Of a DNA stretch of 64,000 nucleotides, positions 36,901 to 48,829 are shown piece after piece. The stretch comes from Selaginella moellendorffii (Eukaryota; Plantae; Lycopodiophyta): assembly GCF_000143415.4 (NCBI RefSeq), contig NW_003314311.1:1186769-1250768 (forward strand), written 5' to 3'. Both the position numbers and the translations under genes were made by a program. The notes beneath the pieces were generated by a model, which searched no databases, was not told where the DNA came from, and saw only the letters and a list, made by a program, of their open reading frames with translations. Every line of letters starts with the position of its first letter. Positions within the stretch are counted from its first letter, which is position 1.

Positions 36901-39305
36901 GTTGCCGCTAGCAACCGTGATGCCATGGAGAGTCTAAGTTATGGAATTGTCCATGTTAGACTATGTGGCATTTGGAAGGCTTGCAAAAGGGAGGCCTTAG
37001 CAAGCTGAGGGACAGAGTTCCTTCAAGGTTCCCAAAGACGATTCTAGGTAGCTTAGTACCTAGAAAGGCCAAGTGTAAATGGTTCATGGAACGCGCGAAA
37101 TCAGAGTGGCGCAGCAGAAGCGTGGTCTTGAAGCTTGCCATGAGGCAAGGCTATCAAGGTTAGGGAAGTAGTTCCCGAGTGTTCAAAGAAAGGGTTTTGA
37201 ACGAAAGTCGATGGTCAAGGACTTTCACGCTTATGCAGGAACCATGTTACAGTGGTCGGAGAACTTGCCAAGCGAGATTGGCACGTCGGGGGAACAAATA
37301 CCCTAGTTGAAGGTGATAACTTCAAAAAGGGTGGGCCATGGGGCCGAGCATGGAGGAGTCCATGCATGATCACAGACATGTCAAGTGAGAGAACTTGGCA
37401 GTGTGGAGGAACTAGGTTCCTAAGCTGTGATCTGTAGCGCGCTTTAAAAATAAGTTGGTGCACCGGCGTGGGGAGTCACGCCAGGCATCTTGTGTGATGC
37501 CGTCCGTAGATGCATATACGGAGGTTGGGTTCGAGTCCCGACCCTCTAGTGCTTGGGTTCGAGTCCCAAATCACTAGGGCGTGGTGATGGTTTGGAATAT
37601 GAGGACACTCATATTTCGGTGGTCATGGACTCTCAGTAGGGAGACTGGTTTGGGCACACCGCCAAGCGAGGGATGCCTCGGAGTCGTGATGCACGGTTAG
37701 ATTGCTTAGTGTGAAAGCTCAGCATATCTAACTTGAACGCTTTGGTGCAAGTGGCACCAAGGTCGTGGTGAGTGAGATGGGGACACCTAATCTCAGTTGC
37801 TATGAACCCTTGGCCGTAAGGGCTGGCTTGGGTGCACCGCCAAGTGTGGGGGATGCCCCCGGGGTTATAGTCAACAACTTGGAGGTCTAGAAGACCAAGT
37901 ACCTCTTGGCAACTCTGTTAAGGTGCCAAGGTGAGATCACTAGGTGATCTTATGGCCAGATAAGGACAAGGTCCTTGGTTGGCTAAGGAATGAAGTTCCT
38001 GGTTCAAAATGTTGAAATTGAACTGTTTAAGGTGGTGTGGCTTGGTCGTGATGACCAAGTGGGAAGAGCACTTAAGGGAAATAAACTATGTCCGTGCGAT
38101 GGCATAGTGAGTCCGAGGAAAGTAGTCTCTATAAAAGACCCATGGGAGGGTCACGAAGTTGGGCCGTGGATAGAGCCCATAGCAGAAGATGCTAAAGAGA
38201 CGTACTAGGGGTGAACATCCTTCGGACTTGGCAAAGAAGAGTCTTTACTATGGAACCGAAACAATACCTCAAGGAGGGAGGTAGAGATTCGATGTTGCTT
38301 GGTGCAACAATCAACGGATAGGAGCAAAAGATGAGTGGCCAAGATAGGGCCGTGGAATCCCTTGGAAGGAATCCAAGTGACAAAGTTAGGCGAGGAACAC
38401 TAATGTGTTGGACGCTAACAAGTTGCGGGAAAGGAAGTGTGTTTCCAAGGAGGGATTCCGAAATGCTCCGATTTGGCGAAAGTGGAAGCTCCAAGGGAGG
38501 GAGCGGTAAGGTAGCCAAATGATAGGGCCATAAACAGCCCTAGCACAAAGTATGATAACTGGAACTTTGGCACGAAATAGAAGAGAGGATGATAGTGCCC
38601 TCGAGTAGAGAACTTCCTAGGATGGGAAGTGGAGTTGCACAAAAGGTGCAAGGCAAGGTGTCGGAGACACCTAGGAAATTGACTCCAAGAAGTCAAAATT
38701 CAAAGTTCCAAAGTGCAAAGGTTATATCGATGGGAATTGAGACTACTCGAGAAGGAGTATTGGTATTGATTTAGAGAAGGGTCTCTAAGAGGTTTAGCGA
38801 GAACTAAACCAATAAAAGGAGAGAACCACTATATGTGGTCCAATCAGTCTCTAAGTTGGAGAGGCTACCCTCCTTAGAGGATATGCAAAAGGCATGGTGA
38901 GCCTTCAATGTCCAACCATTGACGAATATGGAGAAGGCATGGTGAGCTTTCAATGTCACACCATCGACAAATATTGGCTACGCGCCAAGGATGGAAATGG
39001 TAACACATGCGGGTGTTACTTTATAAAATGGTTCACCGTTCGATGAGGACATCGAACTTCGTCTATGGGTGGTGGAGTTGTGAGACACAAAATCCCTAGG
39101 CCCCAAAGTGGAGCCGGAAGGGCACCACATGGTAGTGGCCGAAGCGAGAGCCAAACGAGCGTAACACGTTTGGACCAAAAGCTCCGACTTGAAAAGTCAA
39201 GAGCGGGAGTGGAACTCCCAACGAAGTGCTCGAGGAACGAGCACGAAGCGAGCAAAAGGCGAGGCTCCAAAAAGGGACCCAAAAGGACCAACACATGACA
39301 CATGG

Positions 39306-39869
39306 GAGTGTCCGAGATGGACTCAAGTTGGAGTCCGAAGTGGAGTCCGAGATGGACCCGAGTTGGAGTCCGAAGTGGAGTCCGAGATGGACCCGAGTTG
39401 GAGTCCGAAGTGGAGTCCGAGATGGACCCGAGTTGGAGTCCGAAGTAGAGTCCGAGATGGACCCGAGATGGAGTCCGAGATGGAGTCCGAAGTGGAGTCC
39501 GAGGTGGACCTGAGATGGACCCGAGTTGGAGTCCGAAGTGGAGTCCGAGATGGAGTCCGAGGTGGACCCGAGATGGACCCGAAATGGAGTTCGAGATGGA
39601 GTCCGAGATGGACCCGAGATGGAGTCCGAGATGGAGTCCGAGATGGACCCGAGATGGACCCGAGATGGAGTCCGAGATGGAGTCCGAGATGGAGTCCGAG
39701 ATGGAAGTCCGAAGTCGAGACCGAGACCGGGACCGAGACCGAGACCGAGACCGAGATCGGGACCGAGACCGAGACCGAGGCCGAGGCCGAGACCGAGCCC
39801 GAGCCCGAGTCCGAGTCCGAATCCGAGTCCGAGTCCGAGTCCGAGTCCGAGTCCGAGTCCGAGTCCGGA
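39306..39869 (+). repeat. Tandem array in second LTR, different unit counts
   Basis: Direct reading. Confidence 0.95.
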
Positions 39870-42800
39870 GCCTGAGAGGGTGAAAGCCCAAAGCGTTCGT
39901 CTCCCAGACCCTGGGGGGTTTGGTGAGCTCCAAAAGTATAGTAAGGGGGAGGACTGCAGTGGAGCCAGTTTAGCCAGGAAAGGCCAGTTTGGCCCAGGAA
40001 GGCCGGACCCAGTGTTGGGTGATGAGCTGCCCACTGGGAAGTCCAAGACTGGAGTGAACATAGACCGACAAACGGGGTAGCTTGGTGAAGTGTTCAAGAG
40101 CTGGCTCTAGTTCCCCCGGGAGATCGACTGGCCGATGCTCCCAGTCCAAGTGTGGGTGGCACTACCTACTTGGATACCTAGTGTGGCTCAACGGAACCCA
40201 CTCTAAGCCCATGGCTAGAGCACCCAAGGGCAGAAGGCGAGGAGAGTACCTAGGTGGCTCGCGTAAGGCCACGGTGTTCCGAAATGTTGTCCCAAAGGCC
40301 CAGACTGTGGAAAGGAAGAGGAGCAGTCCTCAGGGGTAGTGACCAAGGACACAGTCGTGTGGTGAGGAAGTCCCAGAGGACCATGGGACTTAGTGGTCGG
40401 GCCTGTGGGTCTCGATCCAGTGGCAGTGTTGGCAAACACGGCCAGGGGTAGAAAGGGACTTAGTGGGGACTGATAGAGGGATATTGGGGAAGGCTATTCC
40501 ACTTGTCAGTGGGCATCCTAAGGATGCTAAGGAGTGGATCTGAGATGACCACTCATGGATGGTTTGCCTAGTCTTGGAGAGCCAAGACTGTGATGCAAGT
40601 GGTATTGGACTACTAGTGTGGCAAAGGTGACTGGGCATGGCCTTAGCGTAACGGGCTGCTATGTCGGTGGTACCTTTGAGTGTCAGTCATGGGATCGGAC
40701 ACGTGGAGCACTTGGACCAAGTGCAAATGTTGAGTGGCATGGATGCCATTCTCGGGGCTAGCAAGTCCCAAGTCCTGGATTGGACTTATGGAGGTTGTGA
40801 ATGAGACTCCTCCAAGTGGTCAGAGGTGTAGTTAAGTGACTAAAGTAGAATGGAAAATTTAGTCGCTTACAATTGCCACATATCATTTTTGGGATAATGC
40901 TCAACATTTGTGTGAGTTCCCCATATGTCTCCAAGGGACGATGTTACAGTGGTACAATGGATTGAGCGCAGCCACTCGTGGCGATTGGAGTGTTCTTCCG
41001 GACGTCTTCAAACGCGCCTTTGGACACGCCGACGATTGTGATGATGCCTTCCAACAATTGTATCGTCTTCGCCAAGGGCCATCTGAGTTGGTGATGCAAC
41101 TTGGTGTTCGTTTCCGAAGTCTTTTGCTTCGTGCGGAGCCCAATATGTCGGAGCAGATCAAGCTAGGAATGTTGTGGCCAGCACTTCGTTAAGATCTTGT
41201 TGGACTTGTGCATGGACTTGCTCCTGCCACTCTTGACGATGCTCTTCGTTTGGCACAACATTATGAGACGTCGCCTCTTCCACTTCTCACTACATGTCCT
41301 TCAGCTCCACTTCCTATGAGTGATGGTCCTGTTCTAATGGAGGTTGATGTTGCTGCTACTCGAGTCCAAGGACAAGGGTGAGGACGTGGTCATGGCCGTG
41401 ATGTTCGTTGCTGGGCGTGTGAGGAAGTTGGTCATACTTATCAACATTGTCAGCGCTTTCCAGATTGGCAACCTCCATTTCCTAGGTGGAGACCTTAGCG
41501 TCAGCAACGTCCCGTTGGTGCTGCTGTGACTTTGAGGCTTCTTCCCCTTGTTTTATACTTCCTTATGTTTCATCCATTCCTCTCACTTTCATGCTTCTTT
41601 GTCCCTCTACTTCTACCTCTGCTTCCATTACTTTTGTTCCCCCACTATTTCCTCTTGTGTTTCCATCTTGTTCTGCTCTTCCCTTTTCCGATCCCTCTAA
41701 TGATTGTGTTGCAGCTATTGACCAACTCATGAAGGAGTATTCTGATCTCTTTGAATTTGACCTATCGTCTGGGGCCAAGATTGCCACACGTCATCCAATT
41801 CCAACCGGGGATGCTCGTCCAATCAAGGTTCCTGTTCGTCGTCAGTCACCCAAGGAGATCAAGATTTTACGTGCCAACGTCAAAGAGATGTTGGAGAAGG
41901 GTGTTATTCGGAAGTCGCAGAGTACTTGGGCATGTGAACCTCATCTTGTGACAAAGCATGATGGGAGTATTCGTTTCTGCATTGACTATCGTCTATTAAA
42001 TGAAGTAACGATCCCGAATGTGTACCCTCTTCCTCACACTGCTGATCTCTTGGATCGTCTGGGGTGAAGTCGTTGGTTCACCAAGTTAGATCTTGCTTTT
42101 GGGTACTGGCAAGTACCAATGGCCGACGAAGATATTCCTAAGACTGCTTTTCATACACCATTTGGTTTGTACGAGTTCTTGGTGATGCTGTTTGGTTTGA
42201 ACAATGCTCCAGCAACTTTCCAGCGGATGATGGACGAGGTTCTTTGTGATATGCCAGAGGTGACTGCTGACTTCATTGATGATGTCTTGATTCACTCGGA
42301 GGGGACGTGGGCAGAGCACGTTCGTGATGTGTGTAAAGTGTTGGATCAGCTACGGGATGTTGGTTTAAAGCTGAAGTGGTCGAAGTGCGTGTTTGGGTCC
42401 AAGGACACAACTTATCTTGGGTAGCGTATTTCTCGTGAGGGTTTGCAAGTTGATCTTGACAAACTCGTAGCCGTTTTAAAGTTCCCTACTCCGAAGTGTG
42501 TGAATGATGTGCAGTGCCTCTTGGGCAAGGTGTAGTATTTTGGTCGTTTTGTGGATCATTTTTCTGATCGCACTGCACCGTTGCGAATGTTGCTGAAGTC
42601 ATTAACGTCATCTTTCATCTAGTCTTCAGATTGTGAGCGGGCGTTTGTGGATCTCAAAAAACTATTGATGACTCCTCCGGTTTTGGCATATCCTGACTAC
42701 ACTCGACCTTTTATTTTGCGTGTTGATGCTTCTGATATTGGTCTTGGAGGTGTGTTAATGCAAGAGAGCCCGAGTGTGCCTGGTCAGCGTCATCCCATTG

Positions 42801-44891
42801 CATATATAAGCCATACGTTACAACCAGCAAAGTTGAACTACTCCAAGATAGAGAATGAGTGTTTAAGGGCAGTTTGGGGTTTCGAGAAACTTTATGCATA
42901 TCTACATGGTTCTCGAATGTTACTTGAAGGTGACCATGCTGCCGTTATTTCATTATTGAAGTAGAAGAACCTAGTTGGTCGTACTACTCGGTGGGCTTCA
43001 GATATATGATTTTGATGTTGTTCATCACCCAGGGAGTTCTATAGCTGATGCTGATGCCCTTTCTCGAGCTCCTCTTCCTTCTTCACTCACTTCTCATGTT
43101 TCTGATGAGCCTGTTGTTCCAGCATCTGTGGATTTTCTAAACGAGGATTCAGTGTCGTTGGTGGTTGTTGTACTTGATGTTCAGTGTCCACAAGGCACAG
43201 AGCAAGATCTACCTTCTCTTGATGAGGTTCACGAGGCTCAAAAGATTGAGCCGTGGATTCGAAGGTTTCGAGATGCGTTTGAGGATCCTGCATCACTTGC
43301 TGATGACTTACCTTTCCGGCATTTACATTTTCAATATCGCTTTAAAGATGGCTTTCTTTATTTTGTGGGGACGGATCCTGATGATCATTTATGACTGGTA
43401 GTGCCTTCTATCTTTATTCCACGGTTTCTCCATGCCTATCATGATTCTTTTGTTCTAGGGGGTCATATAGAACATCGTCGTGTGACCGAGAAGCCGTGCA
43501 GGTCTTTCTATTGGCCAGAAATGCGACGTGATGTTATCCGGTATGTGCGTAGCTGCGTTTGGTGCCAAGCTCGTAATACTCCCTCTTGTGCTGTGGAAGG
43601 ACGGTTGGAGTCAATTACAGTTTCCCGTCCGTTTGAGTTGGTGGCATTTGATCTTATGGGACCTTTTCCACGGTCGACTGTTGGCAATAAGTATGTTATT
43701 ATTGCTTTTGACTACTTGACTCGTTGGGTGAAAGTTAGTGCTCTTGTTAGCGTCTTTGCAATTGCTATTGAATACTTTCTTCTCAATTGAGTGGTGTTCC
43801 AACATTCTTGTCCAGAGCGGATTCTTTCGGATAATGGTCTTGCATTTATGGCTGAGGTATTTCATGTTTTGACATCTCGGTTGGGGATACGCCACACTTT
43901 TACAAGTGCTTATCATCCACAATCAGACGGTCTGGTGGAATGGCTCGTTCGGACATTCAAAAGGATGATTGCAAAGTATGTGAACTTTCAGCATTCGGAT
44001 TGGGATGGTTATTTGCCGTCTCATCGGTATGCCTATGTTATAGGGGTGCAGAGTTCTGTTGATGCTTCACCATATAAACTTCGATATGGTCATGATCCAA
44101 TATTACTAATGGAGCTGGGTTTACCTTCGCGATTGCCACGAGCTCTTGATGTTAGGTCATGGGATCAATATTTGACGAGCATTCTTCCACTTGTCTGAGC
44201 AGAATCTACCAAACACTTAGGCCACGTACAAGTGGGACAACAACAGCACTACAACTCCCATCATCGTCCACCTGCAGAGTACAAAGTGGATGATTTGGTG
44301 TTAGTCTGTTTTCCCCATCTTACGGTACGTGGTTTATCTAAGGGGCTCCTTGTGCAATGGAAAGGACTATATCGAGTGTTATGGCAAGTTGGACCACAAG
44401 TTTATGAGGTTTGGCATGACATCCAGCAGGCCGATCCTCCGGAGATGTGTAGCAGTTGAAGCACTTCATACAAAGGGATCAAGAGCAGTTAATGCCATTT
44501 ACAGATCCGCCGATGCCTTCTCCTGATGTTCTTTCAGATCCCGGCCCATCTACAAGAGAACCTTGATATCTTTCCATTATTCCGAGAGGAGGGGATGATG
44601 TGAAGGCCAAGTGTACGGCTACGATGCTGTATACTAATATTAACGTAGTGGGATTTTGGTAGCCGTCGGATTGGTTTCAATCCGAACCACTCGCTCCTGT
44701 ATATAAACTAAGGTTTTTGGGCTAATGGATATACACATTTCTGTATTCCCTTTCCATATTCCATGCACTCACAGCTAAACAAAAAATGCATTAAAGTTTT
44801 ATTGGGTGTTTTTCGACTTTGGCTTTGTTTTAGTGCTAAAAACCTAATAAGGCCTAGAAAGAGACGAAAGTGAAAAGGAGAGAGCACGTAC

Positions 44892-45958
44892 CTAAATATA
44901 CAGAAAGGGATCCAAGCTTAGCTGCATGTTCTGCCGTTAAAAAGAATGCTGGCAAAACTAAGAAAACATACCGGCGGTGGTAACTCTGGAGGAGAAGTGA
45001 CACCAGCAGGCCTGTGTTGCTCCACGTACTCGCCATAGTGAAGCACAGACACTTTGCTTGTTCTCGGTAGCCTTGCCGCATGGGGGTTCTTCTCCTCGAT
45101 CAGCTTGGACAACATAGCCTGTGCATTTAGGAGGCGTGCATACTCACTTGTTGGATCATTGGTGTATGGGCTCCAAACCGCTGGATGTGGCCCAGGGGTG
45201 TCTTTGTGCCAGCCATAACCACAAACATCACAGTACGTCACCCATTCTCGTAACGCTAGCCCTAGTTCCGCCCCATTGTCTGGAGCCAACGCCTCCATGA
45301 TCACACCCCGGGCCTCCTCGCCAAACCCCTGGGCATACCTGGTGACGACTGCTCGGTGGAATGGAACCACGACGTTTGCTAGGATTTCCACTTCCGCTTC
45401 AGCCAGGCCCAAACGGTTCTCCAGCGAAAGACACAAGCATGCCGCGAACATCTGGAAGTTGGCCCAGGCAGTGGGGTCCCGGTTTTCCAACCTGACGATC
45501 CGAGGCCGACGACCCTTACGGTATTGTCGCAGGGCCTTCGCAAGCACGGATCTGGTGCGAGCATCAAGCTCGCTCTCACACGAGTCGCGGTAGATTGTGG
45601 TCAGGCTATCAGCGACCATCCTGATGCAGTCATAGGCAAGGAAGAAAAGAGGGCCCCCGGTGAAGCGGCTGTAGTTGACCTTCATCTTCAGTTCGGACTG
45701 CAGCGCCTCGCTTGCATCAGCCCAAGCACCCAGGTTGTGGATCACGTCTGCGAGATCTCCCAGAGGCCGCTCCAAACCACCCAGGTCCATAGAAGGCAGC
45801 TTCTGCCGCATGGTCTCGAAGTCTTCCTTGGTGCTGCAGCACATCACACCAGGTACCCGCTGACGAGTAAAAGGCAAAGACCCCGCAAACACCACCTTTT
45901 TCTTCGCATCCAAGAAGTGATCCTTGCCCGTGAAGAAGCTCCGCCCAACAGACAGCAT
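44892..45958 (-). CDS. Uncharacterised helical protein, possible organellar transit peptide; paralog of 47476-48666
   Basis: 346-aa ORF with a probable short 3' intron (44971-~44931); shares DC.R...D.LT.IYR..CE.EL, F.MFAA, ALAP...EL.L.L.EW, HPA and EYARL with its neighbour. Confidence 0.75.
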
Positions 45959-47475
45959 CCTTGAAACAACCCACTTGACCTAACCCAAAACTAATAATCA
46001 ACGTTTAAATATTAATAGACCCTTTTAAATTTAAATTTCAGGGAGATGGAGGGAGCCCGAAAGCTCGTCAAGGCTTCTCGTAGCTCGGCGGATTCTTTCT
46101 GGTAGGCCGATTGTTCTCCATTTTTTTCCTTTCAGAAACGCTTCGCTCCATGATTCTTCCCATAGCCCTCTCGACCTGGTTGTTCCCGCTGGTTACAACG
46201 CTGGAAAAATTTAAAGCTCGACAACGAATCGAATTCCTGGAAGGAGGAAACAAACAACCTCACAAGAACATTCACACAAACTGCTGTAAAACCTGTGAAA
46301 AGCCAGGATCTAAGTTACAGAACTTGCCTGGTCTCCAGGCAAGTGGATCGTGTGGAGGCCAGCGCCGGGTTTTGATCGTTGTCCGGAAGAAGCTGCCAGG
46401 ATTAAATGGAAACTTAGCACTCGAAAGATCACAAGAAGAAAACATACAAGTCTTCGTCCTCAAGGCATTTTGGGAATGCATTGAGAGGCTGCTTCTACGT
46501 TGTAGACTTCCCTGGAATGTTTCCCTTGGAAGCACACCAGGCCTTGGCTACCTAGGCACAAAAGCGTAAGAGAGAGAAGCGAGAGAGATTAAGCACAAGT
46601 CTACTGTTCCCTCCATCTACGTCGCCCTTGTTGCCGAGAACAATGAAAGGGAAATTCTCTGGATCGGAGGGACTTGCCTAGAGAAGTTTCTTGCTGGTTT
46701 AGAAACTGATAAAGAGCTTTCAATGGATGAGAAACTCCTCTCGCCTCTGAAAAATCCACAGGTCAGTCAAGGGAAGAAACAGGAGGGGAAAGAGAGGGAG
46801 AGAAGTTTACTCGCACGCTCCCGCGAATTTCTTGATCGCTGGTTTCTAGAGTAGCACGAGCTGACGGTGTGGCAATGAGTTGTTCGTGGTGGATGCGCAG
46901 TAGCATCGTCGCTACTCTTCCTACAGTTTCCACCTTTGAACGTAAGAAACCACTCCAATCAGTGAAAGAAAGATCCACACGAAAAGAAGAAGCCTGTACC
47001 TGGGATCCACTGCTTGACGTATTTCAGCAGCTTCAAGGCTTCAAGGATCCACTGCTTGACCGAGCACCATCACGTTGAGTTGGGACTTCGTTTATTCTCC
47101 AGCCTCCTGCAAATACATGCCTGAAATGGTGAGCTTTTTGGAGCTACAGATTATACCCAACCTTGTCCCTTCTTCCTCGGCTAAGTCCAAGGCATCGATG
47201 ATAGAAGACACGGTATCCTGCGTCTTTCGTCCGGCCAAAAGCTCCTTCTTCTTGCCTTGGAATCGTCTAGCTCGGATCATCCAGTTGTTGATCTAAAGGT
47301 AGAGCACGCGTGATTTGACCTTTTGCGAACTCTTGTTTTCTGGGGGTGTACGTTGATTGCCTGCACATTACTAAACGAGAGATTTTCTGACTCACACATT
47401 GCTTGCCGAACGAGCGTTTTATTGGAACAGAGATGAATATACAATTGGCGATTGAAAAGCCTGGAAAAAAAAATC

Positions 47476-48666
47476 TCAGTCCCGCCACCAGGACCTGCAA
47501 ACCATTAGAAAAGGGAAAAACGAAAAGCTGGCGAAAACATACCAGGCATAGCCGGCATTTACCACTCGTAGCTTTCCTTTACTCCTTCGATTCTCCAGCA
47601 CCTCCAGCACCTGCACTTCACCATTATAAAGATTTCTGGTAAGAAACCAAAACATACTCGCCGCCCCGTGATGCTCCACGTAGTTTCGATAGTGCACGAC
47701 CGCACATTTCCCCACCACGTCAAGGTTATTGCCCCTGCTCAGGATCTCCAACGCCTCCTTCATGTAGACCAGGCGTGCATACTCGGTTTGAGTATCCTCC
47801 TGAGGGCCCTCGATGAAAGTTGCGGGGTGAGCAGCTTTGTTGCGTTTGTCACGTTGACTGTAGAAGGTCGCCCACTCCTTCAGAACGAGCTCGAGTTCTG
47901 GCTTGCTTTCTGGTGCCAATGCCTTGAAGAGATCTTCAGCCTCCTCGTCAAGCTCTCCTTTGGATTCCACAACGTACCTGAAGTTTGCAAGAAGTAGAAG
48001 TTTGCAAGTTAGCAAGGCTGTCCATATCCAGTTCGCAACGTACCTTTCGATAACGCCTCGGTAGAAGTTAGCCAGACTTTTCACGGCTTCTTCAGAGAGG
48101 CCATTCTCCACGGGTTCCTGCATAGCCTCGGACAAACCAGCCGCGAACATTGTGAAAGTCGCGGAGCACGTCAAATCCGCTTTCTTCGCATGGAGAGTGC
48201 GTCCCTCGCAGGCCTTGCGGAGTGGCTTGTCGAATGAAGCTCTGATCGCAGAGCTTAGCTCCTTTTCGCAGGTCTTGCGGTAGATCCTCGTAAGCCTGTC
48301 CGAGAAGATCCGCATGCAGTCAAAGACGAGGAGCATTGGCGATGTGTCGATCAGTCCCAGTCCGATATCCAGCTGCATTGCCTTCACAGCGACCCGGGAG
48401 GCCTCGTCGGTGACTAGCCGCAGGATTTCGTCCACTTCTTTCTTGATTCTCGACAGCCTCTTCTCCATTCCTTCGAAATCCGCTGCCTTCACGAGACGGA
48501 GGAGCGTGTCCACATGCCTGTTGCTGAAGCTGATCAAGACAGGCTTGTCTCCATCCTCGAGGAGGCCCAGGAGCACCGGATTACCTTGCTTTCTCGCATC
48601 GTTGAGGAGATTTTCGTCCGGAACGCTCGCGGGAGGCGTGGGGAAACGCAAGCCAAAGCACAGCAT
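47476..48666 (-). CDS. Uncharacterised protein, paralog of 44892-45958; in-frame 66-nt intron; probably further 3' exons toward ~46100-47300
   Basis: 396-aa ORF with the shared motifs; GT-AG intron 48043-47978; further donors near 47656 and 47541. The 3' end is uncertain. Confidence 0.7.
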   Translation of the reverse strand: MLCFGLRFPTPPASVPDENLLNDARKQGNPVLLGLLEDGDKPVLISFSNRHVDTLLRLVKAADFEGMEKRLSRIKKEVDEILRLVTDEASRVAVKAMQLDIGLGLIDTSPMLLVFDCMRIFSDRLTRIYRKTCEKELSSAIRASFDKPLRKACEGRTLHAKKADLTCSATFTMFAAGLSEAMQEPVENGLSEEAVKSLANFYRGVIERYVANWIWTALLTCKLLLLANFRYVVESKGELDEEAEDLFKALAPESKPELELVLKEWATFYSQRDKRNKAAHPATFIEGPQEDTQTEYARLVYMKEALEILSRGNNLDVVGKCAVVHYRNYVEHHGAASMFWFLTRNLYNGEVQVLEVLENRRSKGKLRVVNAGYAWYVFASFSFFPFLMVCRSWWRD

Positions 48667-48829
48667 GATCGCAAGCGAGGAGAACGAGAAAGATCGAGAT
48701 CTGGCCGCGCGCGCGCGCGCTCGCGGAGAAATATCGACGATTGCCCCAAACCCTGGACTAGAACCCTAAATTGGGCATTCTAGCGGGAAATTTGAAAACG
48801 CCACATTTTTTTGCTTCATTCTCTTGGGC

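Larger units (their letters stand above)
33202..40871 (+). mobile_element. Nested non-autonomous LTR retroelement (LTRs 33202-34982 and 39079-40871), TSD ATTGC
   Basis: Near-identical ~1.8-kb TG..CA LTRs; PBS TGGTATCGGAGC at 34985; ATTGC at 33197-33201 and 40872-40876; 4.1-kb internal region with no long ORF. Confidence 0.95.
32638..44773 (+). mobile_element. Degenerate non-chromodomain Ty3/Gypsy element with short LTRs (truncated 5' LTR 32638-32758; 3' LTR 44599-44773), gag interrupted by a nested element
   Basis: tRNA-Ala-like PBS AGTGGAGGTGAGGGG; PPT GAGAGGAGGGGATGA; gag with CWACEEVGHTYQHC; RT (FIDD), RNase H (VDASDIGLGG) and integrase (ILSDNG, AYHPQSDG) with stops and frameshifts. Confidence 0.93.

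Noticed and set aside
38889-38977. 45-bp two-copy tandem duplication (similar small one at ~47002-47060)
   Set aside because: Ordinary local slippage with no further structure.
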